Positions 63,388-64,000 of a DNA stretch of 64,000 nt are shown here, piece after piece (position 1 is the first letter of the stretch; every line of letters starts with the position of its first letter). The DNA comes from Marsupella aquatica (taxonomy: Eukaryota; Plantae; Marchantiophyta): contig OZ316893.1 of assembly GCA_973895155.1 (NCBI GenBank), positions 1,860,860 to 1,924,859 of the forward strand, in the 5' to 3' direction. The position numbers were made by a program, and so were the translations under genes. Under the pieces are notes generated by a model, which was not told the origin of the DNA, did not search any database, and saw only the letters and a list, made by a program, of their open reading frames with translations.

Positions 63388-64000
63388 GTTTGCACACCTT
63401 CGTACGCGGAATTTCACTGCAATTCTTGTGAGTCTAAAAATGTCAGCTTTACATGACAACACCGTGTGGGCCACGAGAAGCACTGTTCATGGCAGTCCAA
63501 ACGGGAAAGTTAGAGAATTCTGGCACGAGCACTACTTCACATCGCGAGTGCCGCGTGGACGTTTTCTTGCCGTCGATCGATTTGCAAGCAAGCAGTCGGG
63601 TTTCAAATGGCGACCGCCTTCCTGCCAGGAAGTAGCGGCGTGGAGGGAGGAAAAGTAGCGGCTTCCTCCATAAATTTACGGAAGCCGACACCGTTGGAGA
63701 TTAAAAACTCCAAATACTGGCCGCTAGTAGTTGGTTTGCTATTTACGGTGCTCCTTGGAGGCACCGTTGGAGATGCTCTAACATCCTGACTTTTTCTCCC
63801 CTTTATTGGGTGCTTTGGGATCTTGTATACACTAATGTCCTGATTACAGGGCAGGGCATTGTGGGATAGTTTTTTCCTTTCTTTTCTCCCCTTTATTGGG
63901 TGCTTTGTGATCCTCTGCATATACTGTGTCCTACTACAGGGCATTGTGGGATATAATGCCCCAACAAACTAGAGCTTTCCTCTCCTTTATTGGTGCTTTT

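Larger units (their letters stand above)
59819..63778. mobile_element. PIF/Harbinger DNA transposon, 3960 bp
   Basis: Perfect 16-bp TIRs gagcatctccaacggt (59819-59834) and accgttggagatgctc (63763-63778). TAA TSD at 59816-59818 and 63779-63781. Convergent transposase and Myb-like ORFs. Confidence 0.97.
59340..64000. repeat. Degenerate tandem array upstream of SmB, split by the Harbinger insertion (array at 59340-59818 and 63779-64000)
   Basis: Unit cccctttattgggtgctttgggatcctctgtatacactaatgtcctgatt occurs on both sides of the element. Confidence 0.85.

Noticed and set aside
1-64000. tRNA, rRNA, snRNA or known conserved miRNA genes
   Set aside because: None recognised by eye. A covariance-model scan (tRNAscan-SE, Infernal/Rfam) would be needed to exclude them.

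Overview
Eukaryotic nuclear DNA from a compact plant genome. A non-seed plant such as a bryophyte or lycophyte is my inference from gene content and intron sizes. I reconstructed seven protein-coding genes by hand from splice sites: an S26/IMP-like peptidase homolog (+, 5 coding exons), an intronless BTB-BACK-like-SPRY protein (-), a TPR protein (-), a reticulon (-), an intron-containing circularly permuted ATP-grasp ligase-like protein (+), a P-class PPR protein similar to EMB976 (-, 9 exons, one GC-AG intron) and SmB (-). A full-length but disabled PIF/Harbinger transposon (16-bp TIRs, TAA TSD) lies at 59819-63778. MITE-like elements, a hAT remnant and F-box/LRR-like relics also occur. Main points of interest: (1) the ATP-grasp gene, which has a microbial-type architecture and whose start codon lies inside a tandem-repeat unit; (2) the BTB-SPRY gene, which resembles a family I recall from arbuscular mycorrhizal fungi; (3) each of the seven genes has its own unrelated tandem array on its 5' side, and in two arrays the gene-distal copies have lost CpG. 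All homology calls come from motif recognition and memory, not database searches.
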